DNA of 64,000 nucleotides from Azolla caroliniana (lineage: Eukaryota; Plantae; Polypodiophyta): the NCBI GenBank assembly GCA_043228905.1, contig JBHGNT010000020.1:806001-870000 (forward strand). The letters are read 5' to 3'. The first letter of the stretch is position 1. The number at the start of each line of letters is the position of its first letter. Position numbers and translations under genes: made by a program. The notes below the pieces were generated by a model, which saw nothing but the letters and a program-made list of their open reading frames with translations, did not search any database and had not been told where the DNA came from. Of the stretch, positions 60,304 through 64,000 are shown in pieces.

Positions 60304-62990
60304 CTTATGAACAACACAATATGGGGGATGAGTAACTATATTAAATTAGCATAAAAAACAACATCATCATCATCAAATACAAAAATACCTACAATGAGGT
60401 ATATATAGATCTCATGTGCAAGGGTGCACATGTGTGAGGATAATATAGTTACAAAAGTGTAAGTCCTATATTAAATGTACTTGGGAGTGGAGGATCTAGA
60501 ATATCCCACTTAAGTACAAGGTACTATTTAAGGCGTTATAGTCAACACTTCTAACTAGATTCTATCTAGGTAACTACGAAGTTACATGGTTGACTAACTA
60601 ACTAAACTAAGTTGAGCTTGATCTCTCAACACGCCCCCTCAAGCTCAAGTACGGGGCATCCGATGTCTGCTTTGGCTTTGGACATTTGGATCTTCGATTC
60701 GGTATTGTTTCTTTCGACGTCGACTTCTTTGTGGCAGTTTCGATTCCTCCCCCTCAAGCCTGTGGAGAAGGCTTGTTGTGCGAAATTGGCCGACTGCTTT
60801 CACCCATTGTGGGTTACAAGCCACTTTTGTAGAGCTCTTGGGCTCTTGTTCGGTCGCTACCTTCATCGCGAAGGCGTAATGATGGGCCATATACTCATTG
60901 TAGCCGAGCCGAGTGATAGGATCCTTCTGTCTAGAAGAGCGTGAAAGTTTTTCGCTCGCCGATGTGAGCACCTTCTTTACTCCGGGTGTACGCATGATGG
61001 GTACACCAAACTCACTGTCTAGTGAGGGAGCCGATCCATCTGAATCATTGTCGTCGGGGTGCTCGACTTCGTATTCGGGCATCTCACCTTTGCCTTTGTC
61101 CAAGTTCGTACTTGTCCGTGACGTGCTTGGGTCGTGTGGGGGCTCTTGTGGCCCACTAGGCCTTTCCATAATTGGACTTTCTTCGAACATGTGTTCGAAT
61201 CGATCTCCACTTCTACGTTTGGTTTGGCGGATTCCGGGTCGAGCGGAGTCGGAGTCGAAGTTGTCTCTGGTGCGTACCAAGATGCGGACTCATCGAAGAC
61301 TACGTCTCGACTTACCCGAACCGCTTGGGTAGAAGGGTTGAACCACTTGTATGCCTTCTTCGTGGACGAGTATCCTATGAGGATACATTCCTCCGACTTC
61401 GCGTCGGGCTTCTGCCAGTTTTCGTTCGGGATGCGTACATTCGCAATGCTTCCTAACACCTTGAGGTGTGACAGGATCAGCTTCCTTCTGACGAGGAGCT
61501 TGTATGTAGTTAGTTCATGCACTCCATTAGTGGTGCATCGATTCATGAGATAGACAGCCGTGGATGCCGCTTCGGCCCAATAGAAATTCGACATGTGCTT
61601 CTCATGCATCATGGTGCATGCTACCTCGAGTATTTGCCGATTTTTCCTTTCGACGACTCCATTTTGTTGGGGTGTGTGTCGGCATGAGAATTCTCTCCGA
61701 ATGCCTTCACTTTGGAGGTAGGAGGTGAACTTGTCGGAGAAGTACTCCTTGCCTCCATCCAATTGTAGGCATCGAATGTGCCGACCAGTTCCTTTGGAAG
61801 TGGGAGAGCACTTCACTTTTCTTCTTCATCGGGTAGATCCACGCGTAGCGCGAGTAGTCATCGATGAAGGTTACGTAGTATCGGCATCTGCCGATCGTCG
61901 GTGTTTGAGCCGGTCGCCATACATCCGAGTGTATGATGTCGAGGAGGCCTTTGCTTGCGGAGCTCTCCTTCGGAAATGGGAGTTGATGTTGTTTGCCGAG
62001 TTGGCATGCTTCGCATACTCAGTCGACTCATTTCGACTTGAATGTCGGAAGTCTAATGACGACTCCCTTGGTTTGCATCGCTCGAAGCCATTGGAGGTTT
62101 ATGTGGCCGATTCTCTTGTGCCACAACTCGATGCTTGTCTCGGTTTTGAGACCTTTAGCGTACATTGCTGATTTCACCTTGTTCGAATTGAAGATGAACA
62201 TTTGACCATCTCTCCGCCCCTTAGCTATGAGTCGGCCATCTTTCTCGATGAAGCATCCTTCTTTGTTGAAGCGAACTTCCATTCATTGCTCCACGATTTG
62301 GCCTACCGAGACCAAATTATTCGTTATCATGGGCACATGCAAGACATTCTTGATGCAATTGTTCTTGCCATCGTTCCCGAATGGAACATTGCTGATGTGT
62401 CGAATGGGATGCGTGGTGTCAGCTCCTGTGTCTATGTAGCCGGGTCGATCCGGTGTATGCAAGTCATTGAACCACTCTTTGTGGGATTTCATGTGATGTG
62501 AGGCACCGGAATCGACGAACCACACGTCTTCCGAATTGGAGGTGCTTGCAGAGTCGGAGGCCGTCATAGAGTTCGCTCTATGCCTCATTACGAATAGTCC
62601 GCCGTAGTCGTCGTATTCGGACTTGGTGGCGTAGTTTGTGAGTTGTTGACTTGTTGAAGGCGACACACATCTCCTTTTCCTACACTCCGCCTCGTAGTGG
62701 CCGATTTTGCCGCAATAATTGCAAGTTGCAGGCCTCGTTTGCCGGCCATGTTTGGCGTGGAAGCTCCCCCTTCTTCTGAAGATTCCTCGATGACTTCCGT
62801 GAAGGTTTGAGTTCCCTTCATGTGATAAGTCCAATTGACCTCTTCTACCACCACGACCTCGTCCTCGACCACCGTCCGAATTCGAGAAGAACATTTGTCC
62901 TTCCGAATTCGAGAAGAACATTGATTGGAGGTTGAAGAATGAAGGAGGGTTTTCTCTCGCCAAGATTGCTGTTCATAATGGATCGAATCG
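60149..62990 (-). mobile_element. Truncated, RT-deleted Ty1/copia (3' LTR 60149-60631)
   Basis: PPT TTGAGGGGGCG plus TGTTGAGAG; CNYCGKIGHYEAEC, WFVDSGASHHM, LWHKRIGH, DGGKEY, TPQQNGVVERKNR, SRDVVFDE; same lineage as 1560-4157; 5' end replaced by array sequence. Confidence 0.88.
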
Positions 62991-64000
62991 TCCAAGCAAT
63001 AAACCCGAGTTCAACTCTCGATAAGCGCACACCATGTTATTTCAACCATAACCTACGATCGGAAAGAGAAATCCAATCAATTCCCTTTGACAATGTCACA
63101 TTGTTCAAGAGTTTTAGTAACAGAGTCTAAAAACTCTCCAACAAATTCAATTCCTATAAATATTTGGTCAAAAAACAGTTTCTCGAAACTAGTTTCGTTT
63201 TTATCTTATAAGTATGTTAGGGTCAACTTTTGCTCGCTCAGATAAAAAATGGTAAAGATTAAGGACTCAGGTTCAGATGAGATATCTATGCCCTTGTACC
63301 CCTACAATTAGGATATTTATCTAGAAAGCAATAGGCCAGGCTTCGACATTCCGCAAGCGCTTTTCCTGGAAAGCAATAAACTAGCTTCATATGAGATATC
63401 TATGCCCCTATATCCCTACAGTTAGGATATTTTTCTGGAAAGCAATAGACCAAGCTTCGACATTCTGCAAGCGCATGCTATGTGCTTTAGAGCAGTACTT
63501 CAATTGGACAAGAAATATATATACGATTCGATTCAAGAATATGACATTGTTGGATGAGTTTCATAACTAGATTGTAAGAACACGTGAACAAATTGAATTA
63601 ATCTGATGTTTAGCTCAAACAAGGTGTTTTTGTGTACTTGTTTCATTTGTATGCTAGAAGAAAGTAAGGCTGACTATTCGTTCGCTAAGGTAACAATTGG
63701 TAAAGGTTCAGGATTCACATTGATATGCTACTGTTCCACAATAATTTTATCTTGTATATTTTTTGTTTGTGATAAAATTCCCTTGTAAGTAGGCTCAGAT
63801 TGCGCTTGTAGTCCAACAGTCAGGATAATTGCCTTCCATGCAATAGATCCGAGTTCAACTCTCGGCAAGCACACACCATGTTATTTACACCACTACTTAA
63901 GATGCAAAAGAGAAAACTTTACAATTCCCTTCGACAATGTGACATTGCTCGAGAGTTTCATTAGGGGAGTGTAAAAAGTCTCCAACAAATTGAATTCCGA
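62991..64000 (+). repeat. tRNA-Gly-containing tandem array, right block (runs off the window)
   Basis: Starts with the 3' half of module A (62991-63029); module B at 63290-63361 and 63404-63475; module A at 63802-63873. Confidence 0.93.
63802..63873 (+). tRNA. tRNA-Gly(TCC) copy (possibly a pseudogene)
   Basis: GCGCTTGTAGTCCAACAGTCAGGATAATTGCCTTCCATGCAATAGATCCGAGTTCAACTCTCGGCAAGCACA. Confidence 0.65.

Noticed and set aside
43252-62990. Copia pieces at 43252 and 60149 as two halves of one element
   Set aside because: Opposite strands and dissimilar LTRs.

Overview
Repeat-rich plant nuclear DNA, probably a non-seed plant such as a fern (inferred from Tcn1-like self-priming chromoviruses and an RTEX-type LINE). 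There are two host genes, arranged convergently: an intronless trihelix (ASR3/SH4-like) transcription factor on + (18908-20818) and an AMBRA1-like WD40 gene with 13 coding exons on - (31874-39285). Between them lie a LINE with an intact ORF2 and a decayed relative. The left part holds copia debris and a very young Ty3/gypsy chromovirus (6147-13258) with one nonsense codon. From 43980 to the window end there is a tandem array of ~730-bp units. Each unit is a dimer of a recognisable tRNA-Gly(TCC) module and a diverged tRNA-like module. This array carries nested LTR elements: a copia containing two solo LTRs and a Tcn1-like gypsy, which in turn contains a non-autonomous LTR element. The two innermost elements show Tf1-style self-priming signatures, and two LTR families carry antisense tRNA-like A/B-box modules. 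All coordinates and alignments were read by eye; no searches were run.
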